Shown: piece after piece, positions 16,441 through 24,655 of the stretch
How the letters are laid out: each line of letters begins with the position of its first letter
Numbering within the stretch: position 1 is the first letter of the stretch
IMG/VR virus record: IMGVR_UViG_3300044497_000111
Location: 1 to 58,408 of that record
Direction: 5' to 3' (one strand)
Source: a virus
DNA: 58,408 nucleotides
The notes under the pieces: generated by a model
Database searches by the model: none
What the model was told of the DNA's origin: nothing
The model's input: only the letters and a program-made list of their open reading frames with translations
Translations under genes and position numbers: made by a program

Positions 16441-16720
16441 TGTCATCGGTCATCCGACCGACCGTCGACCATCTCCCGACCTGTCTCCCGACCGACCCCG
16501 ACCGGTCGTCGACCATCGACCGACCGTGGGAACGACCTGCCCGACCGTCTAGCGTCTCGCCTGCCGCGTTCAGAGACCACCCGACGACGTCTTGACCGGT
16601 CCCGACGACCGACCGTGCCCCGACGTCGCCCCGACCGTCCCGACTTTGACCTTCGAACGGAACTCGCGCTCGTGTCTGAGACCCTTCCCGGCGGTCCCGC
16701 CCTGCCTAGGCGGGGCGCCA
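16441..16720. repeat. Intergenic (CCGA)n / GTCTCCCGACCG repeat region R1 between HNH and terS (candidate cos region)
   Basis: catctcccgacctgtctcccgaccgaccccgaccgg..., plus blocks shared with 23381-23415 and 52459-52498. No credible ORF. Confidence 0.8.
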
Positions 16721-17407
16721 TCACCCACCCCCCCCGGTCCGGCGGCAAGGGGCGCACCATCGGCGACGGGGGCGCGTGGGTCGGCGACGGGGCGTGACAC
16801 GGACCGGACCGTGCGTCGATGTGGAGGATGAACCGTGCGCGGACGGGGCGGTGACTGTGCGCCGATCATGCGCACCCGGAGTGCGTCCCGGTGCCGGTGC
16901 CGGTGTCGGGGCGATAGTGCCGCCGAGGGTGCTGGTGCCGGTGCTGGCGGCCAGTGCTGGTGCTGGCGGGGCGCTCCCGGTGCTGGTGCCGGTGTGCCGG
17001 TGCCGGTGTGCCCCACTCTGCCGTTCGGTCTTCGTGTTGTGGCACGTGCGACAGAGCAATTGCACCCGACGGGGATCGCACACGACGGCGGCATGGTGGC
17101 GTTCGGCGTCGGTGAGCGGTGGTTCGTGGTCGACGTGCAGGTCGGCGAGTTGATAGCGCCCGTCGAGCAGGCAGCGGGAATCGGCGGTGTGCGGGCCGCT
17201 GGGGAGCGCCGCACCACACCGGGGCACGATGTCCCGCTCGACGAGCATGCCGATGAAGTGACGCCGGAAGGCCACCCAATTCCGGTCGTAACCTCGAGAC
17301 GCCGCTGATCCCCGGCGGTGCGAGAGCGCCTGGACGCACGTCGGGCAGCGCCCCACGGTGAAGCGCCCACCGCACCGCCCGCACAATCGCTCAGGTGCGC
17401 TCGGCAT
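16721..17407 (-). CDS. HNH endonuclease (terminase-associated type) with low-complexity C-terminal tail
   Basis: The N-terminal ~130 aa contain ...LHVDHEPPL...LLCRTCHNTKT. The remainder is Thr/Pro/Ala/Gly-rich and encoded by GGTGCCGGTGC-type tandem repeats, so the true C-terminus is uncertain. Confidence 0.7.
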   Translation of the reverse strand: MPSAPERLCGRCGGRFTVGRCPTCVQALSHRRGSAASRGYDRNWVAFRRHFIGMLVERDIVPRCGAALPSGPHTADSRCLLDGRYQLADLHVDHEPPLTDAERHHAAVVCDPRRVQLLCRTCHNTKTERQSGAHRHRHTGTSTGSAPPAPALAASTGTSTLGGTIAPTPAPAPGRTPGAHDRRTVTAPSAHGSSSTSTHGPVRVTPRRRPTRPRRRWCAPCRRTGGGG

Positions 17408-17408
17408 A

Positions 17409-17669
17409 TCAGGCCACGATGATCGACAGCACCCACAACGCCAGCCCCGTCGCGACCAGGTTAATACGAGCAGGCACGCCTGCTGCTGCCGCCACGAACG
17501 CGATGAACGCCACGATTTGCAGAATGAGCGAGAGCGTCAGCAGCATGTCGGTCTCCTTGGTGTGTGCGTGTGCGGTGTCTCGCGTGTCTCGAGTCGCCAA
17601 CAGCAGCGCCGCGCCGCCGATGACTAGGCCAAGCACGATGCCGATCAGCACGTTACCCGCCGCGCTCAC
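17409..17669 (-). CDS. Holin-like small membrane protein (3 predicted TM segments; alternative start ATG 17546)
   Basis: [25 protein letters not shown]...[23 protein letters not shown]...[21 protein letters not shown] 17669 overlaps the upstream stop (GTGA). The internal ATG 17546 has a strong AAGGAGA SD. Confidence 0.45.
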   Translation of the reverse strand: MSAAGNVLIGIVLGLVIGGAALLLATRDTRDTAHAHTKETDMLLTLSLILQIVAFIAFVAAAAGVPARINLVATGLALWVLSIIVA

Positions 17670-18454
17670 AGGCCTTCTAAGTCCCGCACGCGTTGTTCGA
17701 GCGCGTCCACGCGCATCGTCAGGCCCGAGTCGCCGCCGGTGGCCCGCACGAACACCTGTTGCGCCGTATTGATTGCCACGCCCACGATGGGCGCCGTGAC
17801 GGGGATCTCTGCGTACAGGCCTTTGTCGATGGGCGGTCCGGTCGTCGTCAGGCGCACATAGCGGGTGTGATCGTCCTTGTCCTGCAGAAGCATCGTCGCG
17901 CCCGTGGGCAGGATCATCAGCCCCCAATAGAGATCCTGCCCGTCGGCCGAGACGAATCGCAGCCACACTTTGCTCACGCTCGTGTACGGATAGGCGGCGT
18001 CCAGACGGACTTGGCCTGCCGACGGCGGCTCGGCGAGCGAATTGTTGTAGGTGTAATTGAAGATGCCCGTCCGCACGGTCAATGCCGTGCCGATGACAAT
18101 GAAGCTGGGACTGAGCGTGATCTCTTCCGCAGGACCGGCGCCGGCATCGCCGCGCCCGACGAGCCGCGATGGCGCACTCAGCGATGGGAAGGTGCCGTCC
18201 GCGCCGTCGGCACCGTCCGCACCGGCGGGACCGGGTGCCCCGGCGGGACCAGTGGGACCAGTGGGACCGGCAGGTCCGGGCGGGCCATCGGCGCCATCAG
18301 CACCAGCGGGACCAGCCGGTCCTGCAGGCCCGACCGGACCGGGATCGCCACCGGCCGTTCCCGGCGGACCGGGCGGCCCCTGTACCCCGACCGGCGCAAT
18401 CTCGATGATGATCGGCGGCGGGACGAGGACGTCGATGGCGTGAATGTCAGACAT
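17666..18454 (-). CDS. Collagen-like tail fibre protein
   Basis: [14 protein letters not shown]... is followed by about 23 G-X-Y triplets ([26 protein letters not shown]...) and a ~170-aa globular C-terminal domain. Confidence 0.75.
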   Translation of the reverse strand: MSDIHAIDVLVPPPIIIEIAPVGVQGPPGPPGTAGGDPGPVGPAGPAGPAGADGADGPPGPAGPTGPTGPAGAPGPAGADGADGADGTFPSLSAPSRLVGRGDAGAGPAEEITLSPSFIVIGTALTVRTGIFNYTYNNSLAEPPSAGQVRLDAAYPYTSVSKVWLRFVSADGQDLYWGLMILPTGATMLLQDKDDHTRYVRLTTTGPPIDKGLYAEIPVTAPIVGVAINTAQQVFVRATGGDSGLTMRVDALEQRVRDLEGL

Positions 18455-18830
18455 GCGCGACCTCGCGAACGGGCACCGGCGGCGTGACGACCTGGGCGCC
18501 TGTTGTCTCGCCCTGCACGATGACGCTACCCGCCACGATGGTGCGAATCTCGCCGCTCGGATACGTGAGTTGCAAATCCCACTGGCCCGAGACCGGCACG
18601 ACGAGCGAATCACCGGCCGAGAGCGCGACGTCGATGATGTTCGCCGCGATGCTGCACGTCAGCAGGATCGGCGATTCCGTTTTCGGCGGTGATGATCGAA
18701 TCGCGGCGCTCGCGACCACGCCGGTGAGATCCACGGGTTCGGTCTTCAGGAGATTGGCCCACAGGCGAAATTGCCGCCGATAGGAATCGCCGCGATAGAG
18801 CTCAAGCGTGTAATTGACAGGCAGTGCCAT
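18447..18830 (-). CDS. BppU-N-like (Ig-like) tail/baseplate protein
   Basis: AAGGGAGAA SD before ATG 18830. ...[13 protein letters not shown]...DLTG...GQWDLQLTY pattern. Confidence 0.45.
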   Translation of the reverse strand: MALPVNYTLELYRGDSYRRQFRLWANLLKTEPVDLTGVVASAAIRSSPPKTESPILLTCSIAANIIDVALSAGDSLVVPVSGQWDLQLTYPSGEIRTIVAGSVIVQGETTGAQVVTPPVPVREVAHV

Positions 18831-18844
18831 CGTCGGTTCTCCCT

Positions 18845-20290
18845 TTACACGTACCGGTCGACTCGCGCATGTCGCTCGACGCCGAGGTAGTGCCCGCGAA
18901 TCACGTAGGCGGCCATCGAATCGCCGCGCCCCGGCACCGACCATGCCTCCCCCGGTGCCAGATCGGCACTGGCGACCTGGGCGTGCGTGACCGGGTCAAA
19001 GGCCTCGACGTGACACGCCCGACGGGCGGTGCCTGCGGGCACGGGGCCAGTGACGCCGCGACTCTTCACGCCGATGAGCATCACGACGAATTCCGATCCC
19101 GCGAGCGCGGCGTAATTCTTGTTGACGGCGGGGGCTTTATCGGCGGCGCCACTCTCCCAGAAGCCCTGATGCGGATCGAGCGGCAGCGGGTGCGTCGAGC
19201 GGCCGTTATTGACGACCTGCCAATTCTCGACGCCGAGCGGCAGCAGCGCGTCCGCTCGACGCACGACGCGCATGATCGTGTCGATGTTGTCGACCTCCCA
19301 CATATTCGCCGGCCGACCGTGCGCGGGATCGGGCATGCCGGTCACGCCTTGGCCGACATGGAGCACGTACCCCGCACCGCCGCACATGATGCCGAGCAGG
19401 CGACAGCACGCGAGCTGCAGCGGCGACGTCATGCTCACGACCGACGACTGCGGGCCTTCGGGCTCGTTGTTCCACGTGGCACCGGGAAAGTCCTTGAAGT
19501 CGTAGCCTTGGCGCACATGACTCCACCCGGCATCGTGCGAACTGCGGCGCGGGTGACGCACGTACCCGCTCGCGCCTGCCGCCTTCGTGACGGCGATCAT
19601 GTCGTCGTAGCCGCTGAAGGCCTCGACCTTGTCTTCGGCGAGCTGGTCGGCGTCGGCCTCGACGTCGTCGTCCGGGTCGTCAGCGAAATGTTCGCGCTCG
19701 CCGCCGGGATCGGAGAGCGCCACGATGTTCGGCGTGGCGGCGACGAGTACCTGCGCCATGTCGAAGAGATCGTCCATGCTGACTTTGTCGAGGCGACTCC
19801 ACTCGTTGGCGCACTCGTAGTGCATGACCTTGTGCTCGGCGCCCGTCAACGCCTGCGCCACGCGCAAGGCCAACGTCGGCGGGTCGAACCGGCGAGCGCC
19901 CGTGTCCTTGTCGAATTGTCGGCCGCCGACGACGGTTATCTCCGTGCGCAGGCCATAGCGGTCGTACGCGGTGTCGACGCAGTCACGAATGACCTGCGGA
20001 TAATCCGGCCACGACGGCTCGATGCTGCGGCCGGTCCAGTCGACTTCGCCGAGGATGCGCACATAGTCGAAGCCGTGCGAGCTGATGAAGTCGAAGTGCT
20101 CGAGAATCCGCGAGCGTTCGAATTTCCAGCCGTAGAGCGCCCAGAACAACGTGACGCCGAGCGGGTGGAAAATCCCGGTGTCATCGCCGACGACATGGTG
20201 CGCGTGGCGCACGAGCCCGACTCGAGACGTCGTCGCGGGCGGCGCCGACGGCGACCCGCGAGACAGCCAGTAATCCGCGCCCGTCGTCAC
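18845..20290 (-). CDS. TIM-barrel glycoside hydrolase (GH5/cellulase-like)
   Basis: 481 aa. ...HYECANEW... (acid/base NE) and ...ATWNNEPEG... motifs typical of clan GH-A. Confidence 0.55.
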   Translation of the reverse strand: MTTGADYWLSRGSPSAPPATTSRVGLVRHAHHVVGDDTGIFHPLGVTLFWALYGWKFERSRILEHFDFISSHGFDYVRILGEVDWTGRSIEPSWPDYPQVIRDCVDTAYDRYGLRTEITVVGGRQFDKDTGARRFDPPTLALRVAQALTGAEHKVMHYECANEWSRLDKVSMDDLFDMAQVLVAATPNIVALSDPGGEREHFADDPDDDVEADADQLAEDKVEAFSGYDDMIAVTKAAGASGYVRHPRRSSHDAGWSHVRQGYDFKDFPGATWNNEPEGPQSSVVSMTSPLQLACCRLLGIMCGGAGYVLHVGQGVTGMPDPAHGRPANMWEVDNIDTIMRVVRRADALLPLGVENWQVVNNGRSTHPLPLDPHQGFWESGAADKAPAVNKNYAALAGSEFVVMLIGVKSRGVTGPVPAGTARRACHVEAFDPVTHAQVASADLAPGEAWSVPGRGDSMAAYVIRGHYLGVERHARVDRYV

Positions 20291-20568
20291 GGCAATTCCT
20301 TGAACGGCACCACATGCACGTACTCGACGCCGTCGTGCGTGTAGTGACAGACCAGGTCGGCACCTTGCTTCGCGAAGGTCTCGTATGCCCCGCCGCCGGA
20401 TGCGCGGCCTTCGTATTCGCCGCCGGGCTGAATCGAGAGATAGTGCCCGCCGGTCTCGCCGCCGGGCAGCGGCTTTGTCAGCTTGACCGACGACCCGTCG
20501 AGCTCGCCCGTGAGCCAGCCGGTGATGGGAAACGCGCCGAACAACGTCGCATTGGTGATCGCAATCAT
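20287..20568 (-). CDS. Hypothetical protein
   Basis: 93-aa ORF coupled by a 4-nt overlap to the downstream hydrolase gene. Confidence 0.5.
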   Translation of the reverse strand: MIAITNATLFGAFPITGWLTGELDGSSVKLTKPLPGGETGGHYLSIQPGGEYEGRASGGGAYETFAKQGADLVCHYTHDGVEYVHVVPFKELP

Positions 20569-20578
20569 TCCGGTTCTC

Positions 20579-21481
20579 CTATGCCGCGAAGGCCTTCGCC
20601 CACGATTCCTTCAGCGAGCCGTCGACACGAAACAAGCCGAAATTCGAAATGTTGTCGTCGCCTTCGCCGTCGTGAATCTGGTAGAGCACCATGAACAGCG
20701 CCATCATCCGTTCCCAGAACTTCATGTCCCACGCGATGTTGTGGGCGGCGCCCTCTTCGGAGAGCGTGCCCGCCGACGCCCAGCCCGTTTCGCTGACGCC
20801 CCACGGGCGCCCGTAGTCGAGCGCCAAGTGCATCGCGATGACTTCATGCTCGCGACTGACGAAGCCGCGATGCGGGTTCGACACGATGTCGTTGTCGCCG
20901 TAGCGATGCACCGATCCCTTCATCGTCACGGGAAACGGCGCACACGCCTCGATGTACTCGATGCCGCGCAGCTCGGCGCCGGTCGCGAGCACCTTCGTGC
21001 GAATCAGATTGCTGACGGTCGGCCCGTAACTGTCGATGCGATGCAGGTCGCATTCGAGCGCGACGTCACGCAAGCCCGCCATGTAGTCGTCGGGATGAAT
21101 GCGGCCGTCGGGTTCGTTCAGGTATTCGAAGCCGTAGATGTGCTTGGGAAGGGCGGCGACCTGCGCCGCCGAATCGCCGAGGACGTAGGCCTTGATGCCG
21201 ACGTCGGTCAATTCGCCGACCTGGTCGCAAATCATCTGCGCCGACTGGCCCTGCCCGTCGATGCGCCCGAGCTGCACGCCGATCTCCGCGATACGGGCGC
21301 ACTTGTCTTTGCCGAGAATCGTGCCGGTGAAATGCGTTTGTAAGCCCTTCAGCACGCCTTGCGACGGTAGGGCAGATGCCGAACCGACGACGACGCTATG
21401 GGTGGGGTGCCAGCCGCGCCACGGAACTAAAGCGGTGATGACAGTCGACGCACTCATGCCGCCGACGGACGACCGTGCCAT
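20579..21481 (-). CDS. TIM-barrel glycoside hydrolase (clan GH-A-like); start uncertain (21355-21481)
   Basis: ...GFEYLNEPD... and ...WGVSETGW... give the acid/base and nucleophile Glu signatures. The 5' end overlaps the Zn-ribbon ORF unless GTG 21355 is used. Confidence 0.55.
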   Translation of the reverse strand: MARSSVGGMSASTVITALVPWRGWHPTHSVVVGSASALPSQGVLKGLQTHFTGTILGKDKCARIAEIGVQLGRIDGQGQSAQMICDQVGELTDVGIKAYVLGDSAAQVAALPKHIYGFEYLNEPDGRIHPDDYMAGLRDVALECDLHRIDSYGPTVSNLIRTKVLATGAELRGIEYIEACAPFPVTMKGSVHRYGDNDIVSNPHRGFVSREHEVIAMHLALDYGRPWGVSETGWASAGTLSEEGAAHNIAWDMKFWERMMALFMVLYQIHDGEGDDNISNFGLFRVDGSLKESWAKAFAA

Positions 21482-21593
21482 CGGCGTTGCCGCGAGACTC
21501 GACGACGCGCACCTGATACGACCCGCACGCGGGTGCGGGACAGCGCAATTGCGCCCGGTGTTTCTGGCGCCGAGCTCGAGACGGCGCCGTCAT
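21396..21593 (-). CDS. Zn-ribbon protein resembling the NrdR N-terminal finger
   Basis: LRCPAPACGSYQVRVVESRGNADGTVVRRRHECVDCHHRFSS resembles NrdR C..C...v.dSR....g..irRRReC..C..RFtT. Confidence 0.5.
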   Translation of the reverse strand: MTAPSRARRQKHRAQLRCPAPACGSYQVRVVESRGNADGTVVRRRHECVDCHHRFSSVARLAPHP

Positions 21594-21757
21594 TAGTCGG
21601 GGTCCACGTCCAACAACACGACGACCGCCGCCGGGTCGGCCGGGTCGGGCTCGGGTCGCACGACGCCGACGACGGCGTTGAGCGTGAAGGTGTTCAGCAG
21701 CACCACGGCATCCGGCGGCATCGCCGTCAACATCGCAATCAATTCGGCAACGGTCAT
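21593..21757 (-). CDS. Hypothetical small protein (first gene of the late operon)
   Basis: 54 codons (not in the track, under 60 aa). AGGGGAGA SD before ATG 21757. High GC3. TAATG junction with the next gene. Confidence 0.4.
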   Translation of the reverse strand: MTVAELIAMLTAMPPDAVVLLNTFTLNAVVGVVRPEPDPADPAAVVVLLDVDPD

Positions 21758-21839
21758 CGGTCTCCCCTTTTCCGCCCGCCGCCAGTTCGAACTTCAGGCG
21801 GCCAGGCCGACATGGGTGGCGGCGCCCCGACGGCTCAGG

Positions 21840-22030
21840 CGCCGTGTTCGTTCGTTCGTCGTCGTCGTCGTCGACTGTTCCACGTGGTCGTCGTCGTCGA
21901 CGTCGTGTCGACGTGGTCTCCCGTGGTCGTCGTCGTCGTGTCGTGTCGGTCTCGACGTCGACGACCGACCGTCGGCGGCGTGCGAACCGCTATATAGATG
22001 ACCGGTCTCCGACCGTCGAAACGGTCAAAT
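21840..22030. repeat. Intergenic repeat region R5 ((GTC)n, GGTCTCCCGTGGTCGTC, CTATATAGATGACCGGTCTCC)
   Basis: Divergent region between the late operon and the 22199 operon. It shares CTATA(T/G)AGATGACCGG with 49812-49830 and GGTCTCCC.. motifs with R2-R4. Confidence 0.75.
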
Positions 22031-22198
22031 CCCCTTGAAAACACGTCTTTTCTGTCTGGCTAAGTGATAGCAGGGCTGTCACTTCCAGACTATCCCACCG
22101 CGACCGCCGATTTATGACCCAAACCAGACCGCTCTGGTTATACTTGTATTCATTGGTTGGCTGATTCGAGACGAAACGAGACGAGACGAGACGAAGAC

Positions 22199-22711
22199 AT
22201 GACACTGACACCCCAACAACAACAGGCCGCAGCCGCGAAACGTCGACAGACGGCCGCCGCGAACCGCGCAAACGGGACGTCGGTCAGACAACAACGCGCC
22301 GCCGCGAAGGCCGCGAAACAGGCCGCCGCGACAGGTCAACCCTACACTCCACCCGCGTCGACTCCCCGTCCCGCGTCGACGTCGTCGGCGCCCTTCGGTG
22401 GTCGTCGTCGTCGTCGTCGGACGTTCAACGGATTCCGACCGACCCCACCCGTTCCGCAGACGCCGGTCTTCGCGACTCCCGCGCCGACGTACCGCGCACT
22501 CAAGCTGGCGAGTCTCGCGAGTCTTGAAGAGACCTTCAAACAGAAATTGGCTGAGACCGGGATCAACGACGAACAACGCGCCGCGTGGGCGACCTACAAG
22601 AAGGTCAAGGCGCTCGCACTCGGGACCACGAACAACAACATCGCGATGCAGAACGAAGCCGACTTGGCACTCCGAATGGCGACTATCGCCCTTGTGAAAC
22701 TCACTTACTAA
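22199..22711 (+). CDS. Gln/Ala/Arg-rich protein with DUF2786-like C-terminal helices
   Basis: MTLTPQQQQAAAAKRRQ.... C-terminal YKKVKALALGTTNNNIAMQNEADLALRMA resembles the K..kLLaL...NEaEA..AL..A motif. Purine-rich leader GAGACGAGACGAAGAC before the ATG. Confidence 0.5.
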   Translation: MTLTPQQQQAAAAKRRQTAAANRANGTSVRQQRAAAKAAKQAAATGQPYTPPASTPRPASTSSAPFGGRRRRRRTFNGFRPTPPVPQTPVFATPAPTYRALKLASLASLEETFKQKLAETGINDEQRAAWATYKKVKALALGTTNNNIAMQNEADLALRMATIALVKLTY

Positions 22712-22741
22712 CAACAACGACAGAGAACAGGACAAAACACA

Positions 22742-23365
22742 ATGACAACCGCAACCGCAACCAAGACCGTTACCGAGACCGTTATCAACGACACGACGAC
22801 CGACCTTGCCACCATCGAACGGAAGGCGCTTGACCGTCTCGCGAAGTCCGACGCGAAGTCCGACCTTGACGCGTTCGTCCGTGGCGCCCGTCGGTCTCTG
22901 ATGTTGGTCGACTGTTCGGGTTCGATGGACTCCTACATCGTCAAGACCGGCGAACGTCGCATCGACGCACTCCGCAAGGTCGTCGCGACGATTCGCGAGA
23001 CGCAGAACGTGCCGGTCGCCGCGTTCGGGACCGACTACGGCGACGTCGTCGTCGTCGACACGATTCCCGAACCCTGTGGGTCGACGCCGGTCCACTCCGC
23101 CATCGACTTCGGCAAGGCGCAGGGCGCCACGCACTTGGTCCTCGTGACCGACGGATACCCCGACTCGCAGGACGCGGCCTTCGCGGCGGCGGCCCGGTTC
23201 GGTCACCCCATCGACGTGTTCTACGTCGGCGACGGACGCGACTCCGGCGCGGCCTTCGCGCAGGAACTGGCGCGTCGAACCGGCGGCACGTGTTCCATCA
23301 ACGACATGTCCGCGCCGAAGGAATTGGCGGGCAAGGTCGTCCTGATGTTGGGAGACGGTCAGTAG
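22742..23365 (+). CDS. von Willebrand factor type A (vWA) domain protein
   Basis: MIDAS motif LMLVDCSGSMDS, later LVLVTDGYPD. Confidence 0.75.
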   Translation: MTTATATKTVTETVINDTTTDLATIERKALDRLAKSDAKSDLDAFVRGARRSLMLVDCSGSMDSYIVKTGERRIDALRKVVATIRETQNVPVAAFGTDYGDVVVVDTIPEPCGSTPVHSAIDFGKAQGATHLVLVTDGYPDSQDAAFAAAARFGHPIDVFYVGDGRDSGAAFAQELARRTGGTCSINDMSAPKELAGKVVLMLGDGQ

Positions 23366-23443
23366 TCGCGGGTCTTGCCTGACGGTCGACCATCGACGGT
23401 CGACCGTGGGGCTGGATTCACGAACACGAAACGAGACGAGACG

Positions 23444-23914
23444 ATGACCAAGACCACGAACGCGAACACGACACCGGCCGCCCTTCAGGCTCACGCACGC
23501 GAATTGGCGAAGGCCTTCGACGTTCGACTGATTGAGTCCGACCAATTGAAACCCGACGAGGCGTTGGCGTTGCCGAATCTTCGGGTCGCACTCGTCTCGC
23601 CGGTCATCGACGAAACGACGTACGCCGTCGCCCTTCACGAAATGGGACATCTGGCCGCGCCACTCGGGTTCGTGCCGAGAGTCGCGGGAGTCGTCGGTCG
23701 ACCTGATGACATGTTGAGAACACAGGAAGACGCCGCGTGGGATTGGGCGAAACACTACGCACTCCTGTGGACGCCACTGATGGACCGTCTCGCCAATTGG
23801 GCACGTGGGACGTACGACGAACCGACACCGAGACCGACCGCACCCCGCGCCCCGCAACCGACCCCGAAGCCGATTGACTGGTCACGATACGAACAGAAGG
23901 GACGGACACGATGA
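23444..23914 (+). CDS. Zincin-like metallopeptidase motif protein (HEMGH)
   Basis: ...TYAVALHEMGHLAAP... is the only recognisable motif. Pro-rich C-terminus. The start was chosen after the shared ACGAAACGAGACGAGACGA leader. Confidence 0.5.
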   Translation: MTKTTNANTTPAALQAHARELAKAFDVRLIESDQLKPDEALALPNLRVALVSPVIDETTYAVALHEMGHLAAPLGFVPRVAGVVGRPDDMLRTQEDAAWDWAKHYALLWTPLMDRLANWARGTYDEPTPRPTAPRAPQPTPKPIDWSRYEQKGRTR

Positions 23915-24423
23915 AGACCGACGACCTTGGCGTCACGTTGACGCACCATACCGTCCCGACCGGTCACGGCCTGATGGCGGGATTTCTCGTCCGGTTCACC
24001 GGAACGACGACCGACATCGGCTATGTCTGGACGTCGGGGGGATCGTGGCGGTGGCAGACGGTCAAGGCCGAACACTACGGCGAACGGACGACCAAGCGAC
24101 TCGCCACGATGGCCCTTCGCGACTCGTTTGCCGTGATGACCGGTCGACCGTTGACGACCACGACGACACGGACCCCGGTCCTGACCCAACGCGATGCCGA
24201 CATCCTCGACGCGTGGGGCACGTCGCCAGCGCGGTCGGTCGGTCGGTCGTCGACAACATCGACTCCACGACCGGTCGTCGTGCCTGTGACCGCTCAGACG
24301 GTCCCCGAGACCGTCCCGCCGGTCGTTCGTCCGGTCGTTCGACAGATCGTCTGGGACGACACGGCCCCCGCGTTCGACGTCACCGCCGCGCTCGACGCGG
24401 CTTTCCGCAACCGCAACAAGTAA
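23911..24423 (+). CDS. Hypothetical protein
   Basis: 170-aa ORF with an ATGA overlap to the upstream gene. Thr/Pro/Val-rich C-terminal half. Confidence 0.5.
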   Translation: MKTDDLGVTLTHHTVPTGHGLMAGFLVRFTGTTTDIGYVWTSGGSWRWQTVKAEHYGERTTKRLATMALRDSFAVMTGRPLTTTTTRTPVLTQRDADILDAWGTSPARSVGRSSTTSTPRPVVVPVTAQTVPETVPPVVRPVVRQIVWDDTAPAFDVTAALDAAFRNRNK

Positions 24424-24442
24424 CCACGACAGGAGAGAACCA

Positions 24443-24655
24443 ATGACCCACAACATCGCCTCGCTCGACGACATCGTCCACTGCAACGCCTGCGGCCAGA
24501 AGAATCGGGTACCGGTCACCGACAGCACCGACCTGCCGGACGGGAAGAAATTGATTTGCGGCGCCTGCAAGGCCGACCTCGACTTCACCGAAGCCGACAT
24601 CATCGACGACGACGACGAACTCGACGCGCTCGACGACGAGGCGGCGCAACCATGA
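24443..24655 (+). CDS. Zn-ribbon protein with acidic tail
   Basis: CNACGQKNRVP...CGACKADL followed by DDDDELDALDDE. Confidence 0.55.
   Translation: MTHNIASLDDIVHCNACGQKNRVPVTDSTDLPDGKKLICGACKADLDFTEADIIDDDDELDALDDEAAQP

Noticed and set aside
16570-17436. Alternative long ORFs over the HNH gene (16570..17436 -, 16866..17384 -, 16835..17308 +)
   Set aside because: Only frame 16721..17407 contains the HNH catalytic motif and a coupled start. The others are Arg/Pro-rich shadows, although the region 16721-17010 remains unresolved.
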